Notes: generated by a model from the sequence alone, not told the origin. DNA of 64,000 nucleotides from Clostridia bacterium (GCA_017416185.1 JAFQDF010000033.1:92634-156633), one strand, 5' to 3'; shown: positions 40,057 to 51,404, counted from the stretch's first letter. Program-made: numbers and translations.

Positions 40057-43000
40057 TTATTTTAATATCAATCTGCCTTCTGCATCGAACTGATATGTAC
40101 CTGCAGGCAACAGGCCGTTGGCTCTTGCTGCGCTGAAGGAGTATGTACAGTTCTTAACTGCCTTGGAGGTGGAGTTGATGTAGTAGTAGTTGCCTTCGTC
40201 ATCCTGAACAAGACCCTTACTCTTAACAGCTACACCGTCAACGTAGTAACGGATGTTGCCGTCAGCATCCCATACAAGACCCTGCTTAAGATCGGAAGGA
40301 ACCTTAGCTATTGTCTGTGTCTCTGTTGCGCCGCAGTTTCCGCAGGTTCTGGTCTCTACACCTGTCTCGGTATAGGTAGGCTCCTTGGTTACTACCCAAT
40401 CACCCCATACGTGCTCTGTACAAACCAGCATGGGAATGGTGTTTGTTTCAGACATACCGCAGCCTGCACAGGTTCTGGTCTCAACACCTGCAGTGGTATA
40501 GGTAGGCTCTGTGGTTACTGTCCAATCACCCCATACGTGAGTATGCTCAAGCATGGGAATGATGCGTGTTTCTGTCTCACCGCAAAGAGTACATGTTCTG
40601 GTCTCTGTGCCGTTTGCAGTCTCGGTTGCGGGAGTGGTTACTACCCATGCGCTCCAATCGTGTGCACATACGTTGATAGCAGGAATTTCCTCTGTATCGG
40701 TTGCGTTACAGTAGTAGCAGTCTCTGGTCTGGAGGCCGGACTCGGTCTCGGTAGCATCGGTGATAATCACCCATGCGCCCCAGAAGTGTGCGTTACAGTC
40801 AGCAACGGGAGGATCGATCATCTTACCGGTTGCATCGAACTTGTATGTACCTGCAGGGAGCAGACCGTTAGCTCTTGCTGCATTGAAGGAGTATGTGCAG
40901 TTCTTAACTGCCTTAGAGGTGGAGTTGATGTAGTAGAAGTCACCGTTGTACTTAACAAGACCCTTACTCTTAACAGCTGCACCGTTTTCATAGTAACGAA
41001 TATCACCGTTGGCATCCTTCATAACGCCGTTCTTAACAGCATTAGGATCTACTACGGGAATATCCTGAGATTCGGTCGCACCGCACTCGGTACAGCCTCT
41101 TGCCTCAACACCTGCAGTAGTGGTGGTAGCCTCGGTCATAACGATCCAATCACCCCATACGTGTGTGCAGGGAGGAGGATCAAGCTTGGGAACAGACTGT
41201 GTTTCGGTTGCACCGCAGTTAGCACAGGTCTTGGTTTCAACACCCTCGGTGGTGTAGGTAGGCTCTGTGGTTACTACCCACTCACCCCATGCGTGCTCTG
41301 TGCAAACGAGCTTAGGAATCTCTCTGGTCTCTGTTTCACCACAGCCTGCACAGGTCTTGGTCTCAACACCTGCTGCAGTATAGCTTGCGGGAGTTGTAAC
41401 TACCCACTCACCCCATACGTGTGTATGGTCAAGCATAGGAATGGTCTGTGTTTCGGTTGCACCGCAGACATCACAGGTTCTGGTCTCAACACCTGTGGAG
41501 TTCTCGGTTGCGGGAGTTGTAACTACCCATGCGCCCCATGTATGTGTGCATACAAGCATGGGAATCTCTCTTGTTTCGGTTTCACCGCACTTGGGACATG
41601 TTCTGCTCTCTTCACCTACAGAAGTATAGGTTGCGGGAACTGTTTCTGTCCACTCGCCCCATACGTGTGTATGAGGAAGCTTGGGAATCTCTCTTGTTTC
41701 GGTTTCGTTACAAGCGCAGGTTCTGGTCTCAACACCTGTGGTGTCCTCAGTTGCGGGAGTTGTAACTACCCATTCGCCCCAAACGTGAACGTGCTCAAGT
41801 ACGGGGATCTCACGGGTATCGGTCGCATGACAGTAGTAGCATGTACCAAGCTCAACACCTGTAGTGGTCTCGGTTGCGGGAGTTGTAACTACCCAGTTGC
41901 CGAGGAAGTGAGCGTTACACTCAGCTACGGGAGGATCGATCATTCTGCCCTGTGCATCGAACTTATAAGTTCCTGCAGGAAGCAGACCGTTGGACATAGC
42001 TGCGTTGAAGGAGTAAGAACAGTTCTTAACTGCCTTGAGAGAGGAGTTGATGTAGTAGAAGTAACCGTCATTGTCTCTTACAAGACCTGCTCTGGTTGCC
42101 TTACCGTCAACATAGCAACGAACGTCGCCGTTAGCATCCTTCATAATACCGTTCTTAACATCGGATGCAAGTACGGGGATTTCCTGAGTCTGGCTCTCAC
42201 CACACTCGGTACAGCCTCTGCTCTCAACACCTGTGGAGGTGGTGGTTGCAGGAGTCATAACTACCCAGAAGCCCCATGTATGTGTACATACCTTAACGGG
42301 AGCTACCTGAGTTTCTGCAAATGAACAAAGTGTACATGTTCTGGTCTCGATACCTGTCTCGGTATAGGTAGGAGGAGTTGTAACAACCCACTCGCCCCAA
42401 ACGTGCTCTGTACATTCAACCTTAGGAATAACTTCAGTTTCAACAACGTCACACAGTCTGCATTCTCTCTGTCTGAGACCGTCTGCTGTGTAGGTTGCAG
42501 GAGTAACGATAACCCACTTGCGCCATGTATGCTCAGCACACTCAACGTAAGGAGGATCGATCATCTTACCGTCAGCACCGAACTGATATGTGCCTGCGGG
42601 AAGTAATCCGTTGGACATTTCTGCGTTGAAGGAATATGTGCAGTTCTTAACTGCTACCATGGAGGAATTGATGTAGTAGTAGTTACCGTTCATGTCTCTT
42701 ACAAGACCTGCACGGGTAGCCACACCGTCAACATAGTAACGAACTTCGCCGTCATTGTCTCTGATTACACCGTTCTTGACCCATTCGGTCTGTACACCGT
42801 TTTCGAAGTAGATGAGATTGCCGAGAGCATCCTCAAGAAGACCGGTGTAAAGTACGGTACCGTTTGCATCAATATCCCAATAATCGCCGTCAACTGTAAC
42901 AGTGCCGGGACCCTGGTTAGGCTGGCCATTTACAAAGTAAGAAAGCTTGCCGTCAATAACGTAATACTCATTATTGAGCATCTTACCGTCAACATCAAAG

Positions 43001-46000
43001 GCATATGTGCCCACAGGCATAAGGCCCTTGGTGTATCCGCAATAGAAGGACTGGTTCTTGATTGCGCATCTGTAATTTGTAAAGTAGAAGTAGTAATATT
43101 CACCGTCTACCTTGTACATACCGTACTGGTTTATACCGTCCTTGAGGTAGTACAGGTTACCGTTCCACTCATGGAGACCGTTACCGTAGTATCTGCCCTG
43201 GCTTACGCCGTACTCGTCAAAGTTATACCAGTAGAAGGTATCGGAACCGTCGTTCTGGTCGTTTACCCAACGGGTACCGGTCATAACGTAACCTGTCTTA
43301 TCAAAGAGGTAGTCCTTACCGTCGATGGTATACCAGGTCATACAGCTCTTACCGCCTCTGAGGAAGGAAGGACCTTCGTAGTACTTATGACCGGCATCAG
43401 AATGATACCACTGACCGGAAACGAGCTTACCGTCGGGATAGAACTCATAGGTTACATAACCGTTATAAAGTGTATCAACAGAAGCGTATGTGGTAGTATC
43501 GAAGTAATACCACTCCTCAGCAATTGTCATCCAACCGCTGTTGAGCTTACCGTTAACGAGGTAGTAGCTCTTGCCGTCAATAGTTTCAAGACCTGTGGTC
43601 ATCTTTACCTTGCCGCAATCGCAGGCAATGGTATCATCAACGATCTTGTAAACGTGCTCGGTCATGGGAATGGTAGTACCCCATTCAACTACAGAGTTAC
43701 AGCCCTCACAGAAGGTTCTGCCGGTGTAACCAACCTCGGCACATGTTGCAGCCTTATCCTCGAGAGCTACGGGAGTATGAACGTGAGTTGTACCGTGTTC
43801 TGCAAAGTAAGTCTTATCCATAGCTGCGTTGGAGGTATATGTTTCTGTATCAACGTGGAACTCCTCGTTAGAGAAGGTAGAGGTCTTACCGTTGGTATGA
43901 GTAATAAGACCCATATCAACATCCATCTTCATGTCCTGGGGGAAGAAGTTGTATGTTGTCCAATATGTCTGTGCTGTAAAGCCGGGAACCTTAATATCGG
44001 TATCAAAGTACAGGATACGAACAGGGATCTTAGCGAGAACTGCTGCACCTGTCTGAGCATTGATGTCTGTACGTGTGAAGGTTATGGTAGCTGTGTTGGT
44101 CTCTTCATCGATGGTGTACTCAGCGGTGAAGTCCTGAGCAAGCTCCATGTGGTCGAGCTGCCAGTGGTTTACACTGTTAAGGTCGATCACAGTCTCAACC
44201 TTCTGAATTGTTTCGATATTGGTTGCCTCAAGGTTCATCCAATAGATAGAACCGTAAGGAATTCTGTCAAGTGTTGCGTCTGCGGGAACAAGCTTGAGTG
44301 TGGAAGCTGTAGAACCACCCTCTACCTTGACAACACGGATGATAACAGACTTGTTACCCATGTTATCGCAGATCTCAAACTTAATACGGTGATAACCGTC
44401 TGCTACAGTAAGGTTGTTTGCAGAAATCACGCCGTTTGCAAATGTAGAAGCTACCTCTACACCGTCAATATATACCTTTGCAGTATCTGCATTAAGGCCG
44501 GATACGTTGTAGAGAGGCTGATCAACACCCATAGCGTCAGGCAATGTTGTAGCATCAGCTACTGCTGCGGAAAGGTTAAGAGTGTTGTTGGTTAAAGTAA
44601 CGACCTCACGCTTAACGAGAGGAGTTGTACCGTCAACGTAGATCTTGTCAAATACAGGATTTTCTCTGTCGTCAACTGCCTCAGAGTAGTCTACTGTAAA
44701 GCTGTCAAGATAGTATGTGTAAGGACCGTTGATAGTACCGTTGGTCTGCCACAGAAGGTTATTCTTTGTTCTGTGAGTAACGATTGCAAGGAAGAACTCG
44801 CCCTTCTCAGTCAGCTGACCGGTGGTCTGACCGTCTGCATCCTGCTTGTTGAACTGATTGGAATACTTCAGTGCAACCTTTTCAAAATCACTGATGTCCA
44901 TAGACATATAATGCCAGCCGGATTCATCAATATTGTAGTAAACGTTTTCGGATTCCATCATGCTAACGGTTGCCAGAGTGTCATATGTACCGTCACCGTT
45001 GGAGTCGGTCATATAGTGGCCCTGGACCCAACACTGGATGTTATCCTCCGGAACGTAAAGCCAGAAGCCAACTCTGCGTGCATTTTCAAGAATGACCGCA
45101 TCTCCGTCAACACCAAGTCTGATCCAAGCGTACTCACTGGAGTCGGATTTCTTGGAAGACAAGCCGTTGATATTCAAACGCATGGAGTAATCGCCGTCGT
45201 GAACCTGCCCGTTGGTACGATCTGCCAAAGACAGCTTCAAATAATAATCACGGTAATCGTTGGTTCTGCTGTTAATAACGTTCCACTCATCAATGTCAGT
45301 CTGACCGTCCTCAAAGTCCCAAAGGACCTCGGAGCCCTTACCGATATTCAACTGAACCGTTGCGGTAAGCTCGGGATTGGCATTATAGGTTGCGGTAACC
45401 GTACTTGTAAGATCAGCAGGGGCATTAGCCTCATCTACTGCTGTAAAGTTAAGACCGCTGAAGCTACCGAGTGTGCTGTTGTTTGTGGTAAAGGTAACGT
45501 CATTAGAACCGAGACCGATCTCATAAACACCGTCGCCAACAGTTGCCTTAACGGGAACGATTGCAGTTTTACCAAAGGGAATGGTAACAACAGGCTGCTC
45601 AAAGGACAGTGCCTCGGGAGCTGCGATGTTTACAGAATGCTCGCCTACGACCTTACCGTCATAGACCATCTGAGCTGTAACCTTACCCTCGGTACCGTTG
45701 GAGGTGAACACACCGTTTTCGATGGTACCCATGCCCTCTTCCTTGATCTGCCACTCTACGTCTGCAGGAATATCAACCTTGGTACCTACTGCGTCGGTGC
45801 CGAGCGCTGAAAATGAAACAGAGCTACCGGGAGTATAGTAGTCATAGTCGGAAGAAATGGTCGCACGTGCAAACACGCCGTCTGCGGGTGCATCGGAAAT
45901 AACCAGGATAGTACTTGTTGTAGGTCTTTCACCGCCGTCTGCAAGAGAGCAGTTGACCTTAAAGTCCTCACCGGGACGCTGAGTACAGAAGGTGGTAGAT

Positions 46001-46926
46001 CCGCCGCCGTCACAGTTAGCAGCAATAACACAACCCATGTTTATCATGTAGTCAGCCATTTCGAATTGGGTAAATCCGGTAGAATAAGGAGCCTGCTCAC
46101 CGTCAGAAACAACGATAAGGAGTGTACCGTCTGCCTTTACACCTACAAATGTTCTGGAAGCAATACCGGAACCATGAGCACCGGACTGACCATACGAAGT
46201 TATTGCAGGTTTTCCGTTTGCATCAGGCTTTACAAGAAAGTCGAAGGAAACGGGAATAGCCTGCTCCTCCCAACCGGTAAGAGGATCTTGGGTACTGCGG
46301 ATCCATACCTTAGGCATATCCGCAGGTCTTTCCTCTCCTGTTATGGGATGATTATCATAGTTGATTACGATAACAGTCTTAGTAGTATCAGCTGCGTTAT
46401 ATGTATACTTCTGTGTAGTCTCATCAAATGTCCAGCTACTGTTTGCATAACGCTCACCGTCGAGGATGGTATAACCGAGAGGCTCACCGATGAGGTGAGG
46501 ATTCTTCTTGTAATAATCAGCTGTATACCAGCTCAGAGTAGTGTTGGTAGCGGCAACAACGTTACCGTAACCGAGCTTTTCTGCTTCGAGAGCCTGTACA
46601 GAGGTAGATTGTGTGCCATAGTTGCCTTCCTCAGGCCACATTCCCTTGTAACCGGCAATAACTCTGGTATAAGGATTGTTAACGTCAACGGCCAATGTGT
46701 GGACAACCTGTCTTCTGGTGCCTGCATCATTGTTAAGTACCATTTCGGTTTCCAAAACGCCGGGGGCAAGCTCCCAGTCTCTCTGTGTGATTATCTGATA
46801 ATAATCACTACCGCCGTTACTTGTATCATAATTGGCATCGAGTGCAAAAAGATTTAACGGAAGAACACTGATAACCATTATTGCAACAAGTAACATTGAT
46901 AAAATTCTGGAAAATGGTTTTTTCAT
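40057..46926 (-). CDS. Giant secreted surface protein (2289 aa), paralog of 32297-39880 and 2870-7477
   Basis: AAGGAG RBS, signal peptide, ASRTFVG and NCDGGGST motifs, same repeat architecture. Confidence 0.85.
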   Translation of the reverse strand: MKKPFSRILSMLLVAIMVISVLPLNLFALDANYDTSNGGSDYYQIITQRDWELAPGVLETEMVLNNDAGTRRQVVHTLAVDVNNPYTRVIAGYKGMWPEEGNYGTQSTSVQALEAEKLGYGNVVAATNTTLSWYTADYYKKNPHLIGEPLGYTILDGERYANSSWTFDETTQKYTYNAADTTKTVIVINYDNHPITGEERPADMPKVWIRSTQDPLTGWEEQAIPVSFDFLVKPDANGKPAITSYGQSGAHGSGIASRTFVGVKADGTLLIVVSDGEQAPYSTGFTQFEMADYMINMGCVIAANCDGGGSTTFCTQRPGEDFKVNCSLADGGERPTTSTILVISDAPADGVFARATISSDYDYYTPGSSVSFSALGTDAVGTKVDIPADVEWQIKEEGMGTIENGVFTSNGTEGKVTAQMVYDGKVVGEHSVNIAAPEALSFEQPVVTIPFGKTAIVPVKATVGDGVYEIGLGSNDVTFTTNNSTLGSFSGLNFTAVDEANAPADLTSTVTATYNANPELTATVQLNIGKGSEVLWDFEDGQTDIDEWNVINSRTNDYRDYYLKLSLADRTNGQVHDGDYSMRLNINGLSSKKSDSSEYAWIRLGVDGDAVILENARRVGFWLYVPEDNIQCWVQGHYMTDSNGDGTYDTLATVSMMESENVYYNIDESGWHYMSMDISDFEKVALKYSNQFNKQDADGQTTGQLTEKGEFFLAIVTHRTKNNLLWQTNGTINGPYTYYLDSFTVDYSEAVDDRENPVFDKIYVDGTTPLVKREVVTLTNNTLNLSAAVADATTLPDAMGVDQPLYNVSGLNADTAKVYIDGVEVASTFANGVISANNLTVADGYHRIKFEICDNMGNKSVIIRVVKVEGGSTASTLKLVPADATLDRIPYGSIYWMNLEATNIETIQKVETVIDLNSVNHWQLDHMELAQDFTAEYTIDEETNTATITFTRTDINAQTGAAVLAKIPVRILYFDTDIKVPGFTAQTYWTTYNFFPQDMKMDVDMGLITHTNGKTSTFSNEEFHVDTETYTSNAAMDKTYFAEHGTTHVHTPVALEDKAATCAEVGYTGRTFCEGCNSVVEWGTTIPMTEHVYKIVDDTIACDCGKVKMTTGLETIDGKSYYLVNGKLNSGWMTIAEEWYYFDTTTYASVDTLYNGYVTYEFYPDGKLVSGQWYHSDAGHKYYEGPSFLRGGKSCMTWYTIDGKDYLFDKTGYVMTGTRWVNDQNDGSDTFYWYNFDEYGVSQGRYYGNGLHEWNGNLYYLKDGINQYGMYKVDGEYYYFYFTNYRCAIKNQSFYCGYTKGLMPVGTYAFDVDGKMLNNEYYVIDGKLSYFVNGQPNQGPGTVTVDGDYWDIDANGTVLYTGLLEDALGNLIYFENGVQTEWVKNGVIRDNDGEVRYYVDGVATRAGLVRDMNGNYYYINSSMVAVKNCTYSFNAEMSNGLLPAGTYQFGADGKMIDPPYVECAEHTWRKWVIVTPATYTADGLRQRECRLCDVVETEVIPKVECTEHVWGEWVVTTPPTYTETGIETRTCTLCSFAETQVAPVKVCTHTWGFWVVMTPATTTSTGVESRGCTECGESQTQEIPVLASDVKNGIMKDANGDVRCYVDGKATRAGLVRDNDGYFYYINSSLKAVKNCSYSFNAAMSNGLLPAGTYKFDAQGRMIDPPVAECNAHFLGNWVVTTPATETTTGVELGTCYYCHATDTREIPVLEHVHVWGEWVVTTPATEDTTGVETRTCACNETETREIPKLPHTHVWGEWTETVPATYTSVGEESRTCPKCGETETREIPMLVCTHTWGAWVVTTPATENSTGVETRTCDVCGATETQTIPMLDHTHVWGEWVVTTPASYTAAGVETKTCAGCGETETREIPKLVCTEHAWGEWVVTTEPTYTTEGVETKTCANCGATETQSVPKLDPPPCTHVWGDWIVMTEATTTTAGVEARGCTECGATESQDIPVVDPNAVKNGVMKDANGDIRYYENGAAVKSKGLVKYNGDFYYINSTSKAVKNCTYSFNAARANGLLPAGTYKFDATGKMIDPPVADCNAHFWGAWVIITDATETESGLQTRDCYYCNATDTEEIPAINVCAHDWSAWVVTTPATETANGTETRTCTLCGETETRIIPMLEHTHVWGDWTVTTEPTYTTAGVETRTCAGCGMSETNTIPMLVCTEHVWGDWVVTKEPTYTETGVETRTCGNCGATETQTIAKVPSDLKQGLVWDADGNIRYYVDGVAVKSKGLVQDDEGNYYYINSTSKAVKNCTYSFSAARANGLLPAGTYQFDAEGRLILK

Positions 46927-46988
46927 GCTTAGTCTCCTTTATTAAAATTTTTATATATTAACAGCCAAAGGCTGATTGTTTTTGTAAA

Positions 46989-47795
46989 TTACAACTTATA
47001 TGCCTTGAACAGGTGATGGGTCTTCTGCTTTTCCTTGGGTGGCTCGGGCAGATAGTCACCGTAAAGGCTGGTAAGATAAGCGTCGTAGCCCTTGGGACCG
47101 AAGAACTTATGTCCCTCAAACTCAAGCTCGATCTGTTCTTCAAATATCTCAGCGGGAAGAATGTCACGCTCGCCGTAAACACACCACGCCTTGTCGCCTA
47201 AATAACGGGCAGGCTTACCCTCATATCTTGTGCTTATATCAATGATCTTCTTCATATAATACTTACTTCCGCGCATCTTGCAGAAGAGCATCAGCAGGCC
47301 CTTAGCGGTACGCTTTACAAAATTGCCTGAAGAAGGCATTTTGCAGTGCTTTGTCAAGCCAAGGCGGAAGTTTGCCTTCTGCAGAGCCTTGACCTCTTTT
47401 TTTGCTTTTTCAAGATCATCATCCCATGCATCCAGAGGGAAAATGTCCATGTCAAGTCCCAACTTAACACCGTTGTCAAAACCGGGCTCGTCTTTAAATG
47501 TGGTTATATCACAGAGCTTGGCATAGGGAAAACGGTATTCGGGCTGCCTTTCAAAGCAGAAAAGCTTATATTGCTCGGTGTCTTTGAACAGGGAGATTAT
47601 TTTGTTATAATCCTCACGTGGCACCAGTACGTCAACATCGTCATCCCAGGGGATAAAGCCCTTGTATCGGATCGTTCCCAGAAGTGTTCCGTGAGAAAGA
47701 TAATATCTGATGTTGTTTTCAACACAGAAGGCGTGGAAATGCTTTAAGATTTCCAGCTCAATTTCTTTCATTTCATTGAGTGATAATTCTTTCAT
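46989..47795 (-). CDS. licD: LicD-family phosphotransferase
   Basis: GTLLGTIRYKGFIPWDDDVD, MDIFPLD, YLTSLYGDY. Confidence 0.88.
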   Translation of the reverse strand: MKELSLNEMKEIELEILKHFHAFCVENNIRYYLSHGTLLGTIRYKGFIPWDDDVDVLVPREDYNKIISLFKDTEQYKLFCFERQPEYRFPYAKLCDITTFKDEPGFDNGVKLGLDMDIFPLDAWDDDLEKAKKEVKALQKANFRLGLTKHCKMPSSGNFVKRTAKGLLMLFCKMRGSKYYMKKIIDISTRYEGKPARYLGDKAWCVYGERDILPAEIFEEQIELEFEGHKFFGPKGYDAYLTSLYGDYLPEPPKEKQKTHHLFKAYKL

Positions 47796-48963
47796 ATAAC
47801 TCTGTATACTCCTTAAATCTTTGATTTTTATCAAAGTCTTTTGCTTTATTTGTGCATTGCTGTACAGAATAGGGTTTTTCGGTACAGATGCGTATTATTT
47901 CTGCCTCAAGAGCAGCCACATCATCACAAACCACCGAAGCACCGCAATCCCCGTCAACAATTTCGGGGCTGCCGCCGGTTTCAAAGGTAAGCACCGGTGT
48001 GCCGCAGGCGATCGCCTCCATATTTACGGTGGGATAGGTATCCTCTCTCGTAGTGTTTACAAAGAGATCTGCAGCGGTATATATACCTGCCAACTCCTTT
48101 TGATCCTGTGTACGGTGTATTGAAATTATATTATCGGGCAGCTGACCGTCAACCGAATCATTTGTACCCACAAGCACTATCCTGTAATCATCGGGAAGTC
48201 TTTTGGCAAGCTCGATAAACACATCAAGTCCCTTGCGTTCTCCCCAATCAAAGGAAACTCCCAAAAGAAGTTTTTTATCCTCAAGGGAATGCTTTTGTCT
48301 GAAATCGCTTTCACAGGGCTTAAATACCTCAAGATCTATACCGTTGTTTATAACCTCAACGGGGTATTCCTTTAAGAATGACTGTTTGACCAATTCAGCC
48401 AACCACCGTGACGGAGTCACTATTGTCAGATCAAGACCTTCAAACAGCCTTTTCTTTTTTTCATAAAGACCGCTGCTCCTGTCAAAGAACCAGGAGAACT
48501 CCCGTTTTTGAACACAGTCCCTGCATTCCGATTTCCATTTGTCGCATTTCGCCATCGTGAAATGGGTACAGTATCCGGTGAATGCCCAGCAATCATGGAA
48601 GGTCCAAACCAATTTTGTTTTATTCTTTTTGAAATATGTAAACAGCATTTCCAGGTCACAGTCGTGACCGTGAATGTTATGGAGATGAACAACGTCAGGC
48701 TGAATACGTTCAAGCTCTTTTATTATTCTTTTGGTAGCTTTTTTTGAATTAAAGCCGAAATTGCCAAAAAACCTTGATTTTAATGCCTGAAGCTTTATAT
48801 ATTTATTATTCGAGCAGGAAATACCCAGCTCATAGCCGTTGCTTCTGTTACTGTATATGATGTAATTTTCTATGCCGTCTGCACTAAGCAGTCTGCTGAT
48901 ACCCACAGCAATCTTTCCTGTGCTACCGATCCCGCAGGTGGCATTAAACTGTACTATCCTCAA
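47773..48963 (-). CDS. Glycosyltransferase family 4
   Basis: Paralog of 8332-9546; HLHNIHG, DTYPTVNME. Confidence 0.85.
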   Translation of the reverse strand: MRIVQFNATCGIGSTGKIAVGISRLLSADGIENYIIYSNRSNGYELGISCSNNKYIKLQALKSRFFGNFGFNSKKATKRIIKELERIQPDVVHLHNIHGHDCDLEMLFTYFKKNKTKLVWTFHDCWAFTGYCTHFTMAKCDKWKSECRDCVQKREFSWFFDRSSGLYEKKKRLFEGLDLTIVTPSRWLAELVKQSFLKEYPVEVINNGIDLEVFKPCESDFRQKHSLEDKKLLLGVSFDWGERKGLDVFIELAKRLPDDYRIVLVGTNDSVDGQLPDNIISIHRTQDQKELAGIYTAADLFVNTTREDTYPTVNMEAIACGTPVLTFETGGSPEIVDGDCGASVVCDDVAALEAEIIRICTEKPYSVQQCTNKAKDFDKNQRFKEYTELYERIITQ

Positions 48964-48977
48964 AACTTAACTCCGAT

Positions 48978-50096
48978 CTAATTCCAGAAAAAACGGTATG
49001 GATAAATATCCAAAGTGCTGATACCTGTACGACAGCTACGGTAAGTGTTAAACAGATAGTAAGTCATAAAAAATAGCAACATAACAGTTTTTGCAGCCCA
49101 GGCCACATCCTTGAAATTTTCCCTGGTATATTTAAGAAATTTACCGATAGCAACAGGTACTAACACGATAAAGTAATAGTTCATTCTCATTGCCAGCATA
49201 TGTATGGGAGCAAAGCACTGCAATATAGCCGACAGAAGAAGAATGTTACGCAACCCCAAAGCCTCCTCATCCATTTCGTCTTCATCGGGGAGAAAATAGG
49301 AGAGCACCGCAAACATAAAAAACAGCATAACCATTGTGTAAGCACCGTTGTTATCCACCTCGACCAGATAGTCCTCTTCTCCGAAGACCCTGCTAAGAAA
49401 CGCTGTGGCTGTGGTGAATATCTGTCTGTTAAAAACAAACATCACCAAAAAAGTAGGAACAACGAATATGAGATGCTTTCTCTTTAACGGATAATGGTAC
49501 AAGGGATAGAGCAGAAACACCATAAACGCAGTATGATGAAAGCCCCAGGCAATAAAGGCAAACAAAATAAACCAGCCGAGTTTTTTCTTCCGGACAAAGG
49601 TATACGCCACAACGCCCATGGTGATAGCCAAGGACTGTCTGAGTCCCGAAAACATCATGATAAAGGTGGGCATGTTCAAGAACAACATTGCCTTAAGCAC
49701 ACTATATTCCTTGTCCTGAGAGTACACCACCGCAATGGGCAGGACCGTGATGGCCGCCACTATTGCCAAAAACACCTGGAAATTGTCGGTAAACCGACCC
49801 ACCACCCAGTTCAGAGCAACGTACAAAACATCCCAGTCGCTACTGAACAATTCTTCGAAACCGGCTCTTGACAGCTTGTCAAAATAATACTCATACTTAA
49901 GAATATCTCTGCCGATCGTATCGTGTCTCAGCATTAGTATCAAAGTAAGGATGATAAAGAAAACAGGTAGAACACAGTTCTTTGTCACTATCTCCTGACT
50001 GTTTCCGATATTCAGGCTCAATCTGCCTTTTTTCTTATAGATACCGACATAATAGAATATAAAGGGAACAAATACTAATATCAAATATGGAACCAT
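48978..50096 (-). CDS. wzy: EpsG-family polysaccharide polymerase (Wzy)
   Basis: Multi-TM; R..TIGRD, FSGLRQSLA, FHHTA. Confidence 0.82.
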   Translation of the reverse strand: MVPYLILVFVPFIFYYVGIYKKKGRLSLNIGNSQEIVTKNCVLPVFFIILTLILMLRHDTIGRDILKYEYYFDKLSRAGFEELFSSDWDVLYVALNWVVGRFTDNFQVFLAIVAAITVLPIAVVYSQDKEYSVLKAMLFLNMPTFIMMFSGLRQSLAITMGVVAYTFVRKKKLGWFILFAFIAWGFHHTAFMVFLLYPLYHYPLKRKHLIFVVPTFLVMFVFNRQIFTTATAFLSRVFGEEDYLVEVDNNGAYTMVMLFFMFAVLSYFLPDEDEMDEEALGLRNILLLSAILQCFAPIHMLAMRMNYYFIVLVPVAIGKFLKYTRENFKDVAWAAKTVMLLFFMTYYLFNTYRSCRTGISTLDIYPYRFFWN

Positions 50097-50129
50097 AAAC
50101 CTGAATAATCCTCAATGTATTTTGTAATG

Positions 50130-51404
50130 TTACCGACCGTCTCCGGCGATGCTGTAGAAATCCTCCCGGATACCCTTTTCTATATCCTCTCTGATGTGAT
50201 TTCTTTTACCTAAAGCGATCGCTTTTGCTGAATATTCCTTTATCAGATCGGAATCGTTTGCCAGCCTTTGCACAACAGAAGGCAGGCTGTTAATGTCACC
50301 GACGCAGATCGCCGCATCATTGTCCTTGAGATAAGCAATACCCGCCTGACCCTCGGGACCGATGGCAAGAACGGCGCATCCGCTGTTCATACAGTCAATG
50401 ATCTTGGTGGAAAATGAAAGCCTTGTTATAAGACGGTTTTTGAGATCGAAGGATTCCACGTGAACGGCAACATCCGAGCTTCTGTATATTTTTGAAAGCT
50501 CACCGAAAGGCACGGGAGCATGCATAACAGAGCTCCTGCCGTTATTTAGCTTCTTTACTGCCTTTTCACTTAACTTTGAACCGGAATATATGTGAAGCTG
50601 TGCTTTTATTTCCTCTGCATTTACAGCCTCCAGGGCATCAACCAGCTTACACAAAACCTTCCATCTGTTAAGATAAAGTCCTCCTGCATATATGATCTGA
50701 ACAGGATCACCTATTTCGGTTTCCCTATCTTCAAATTCGGCAGATTTGCACAGAACCTTCATCGGTCTGCCGAGCAGAGCCTCGTATTCGGTTTTCTGTA
50801 GCTCGGTCATAGTGTAGACCAACGAACACTCTTTAAAAAGTCTGCGGATCCACTTGCGTGTTATAAGTCTGTTGATAAAGAAGGAAGGATAAAGCTTAAG
50901 CTGTTTGATTGAATAGTTATCATCCGATATATAGGAAATCATGGGACAGCCTGCTATGCTTTTTACATATAAAGCAAGCTTTGAAACATGAAAGAATGAA
51001 TAACATGGAGCAAAGATTATATCCGGAGCAAAGTCCTTAATAAACCCCTCAAGCTCCTTGGTCTTCCAATCCGAAAATACCCACAGCATTTCTCTTGCCA
51101 GCATAGATGCAGATTTTAAGAATCCGGGGATCTTACTCTTAACGTTATTCTCCGTGACCTCGGACAGATCGGTATTTTCGGCGCTGTAATCCTTTTCTTC
51201 TAAGCGTCTGCCCTTTTTTCCCCGCATAAGCATTGAATCTGAGATCTGAAAATACTTACGGCAGATCGAATTTTGCGGCGGCTCACCGGAGCAGTAGATC
51301 TGAGCTATATCAGCCTCGGGAAAGGCGCAGAACATATTTGACAGCACGTTTCCGCCGTTGTTACCCTCTCGCCAGGATTCATAGGATATGATCAGTATCT
51401 TCAT
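50130..51404 (-). CDS. GT-B fold glycosyltransferase
   Basis: YAGGLY..R, SFSTKIIDCM.SG motif; operon context. Confidence 0.7.
   Translation of the reverse strand: MKILIISYESWREGNNGGNVLSNMFCAFPEADIAQIYCSGEPPQNSICRKYFQISDSMLMRGKKGRRLEEKDYSAENTDLSEVTENNVKSKIPGFLKSASMLAREMLWVFSDWKTKELEGFIKDFAPDIIFAPCYSFFHVSKLALYVKSIAGCPMISYISDDNYSIKQLKLYPSFFINRLITRKWIRRLFKECSLVYTMTELQKTEYEALLGRPMKVLCKSAEFEDRETEIGDPVQIIYAGGLYLNRWKVLCKLVDALEAVNAEEIKAQLHIYSGSKLSEKAVKKLNNGRSSVMHAPVPFGELSKIYRSSDVAVHVESFDLKNRLITRLSFSTKIIDCMNSGCAVLAIGPEGQAGIAYLKDNDAAICVGDINSLPSVVQRLANDSDLIKEYSAKAIALGKRNHIREDIEKGIREDFYSIAGDGR

Noticed and set aside
40411-46857. Long plus-strand ORFs (637, 474, 345, 263 aa) and similar ones at 5048-6247, 33020-39802, 59606-61432
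   Set aside because: Antisense shadows of strongly codon-biased, repetitive minus-strand genes; no RBS or recognisable motifs
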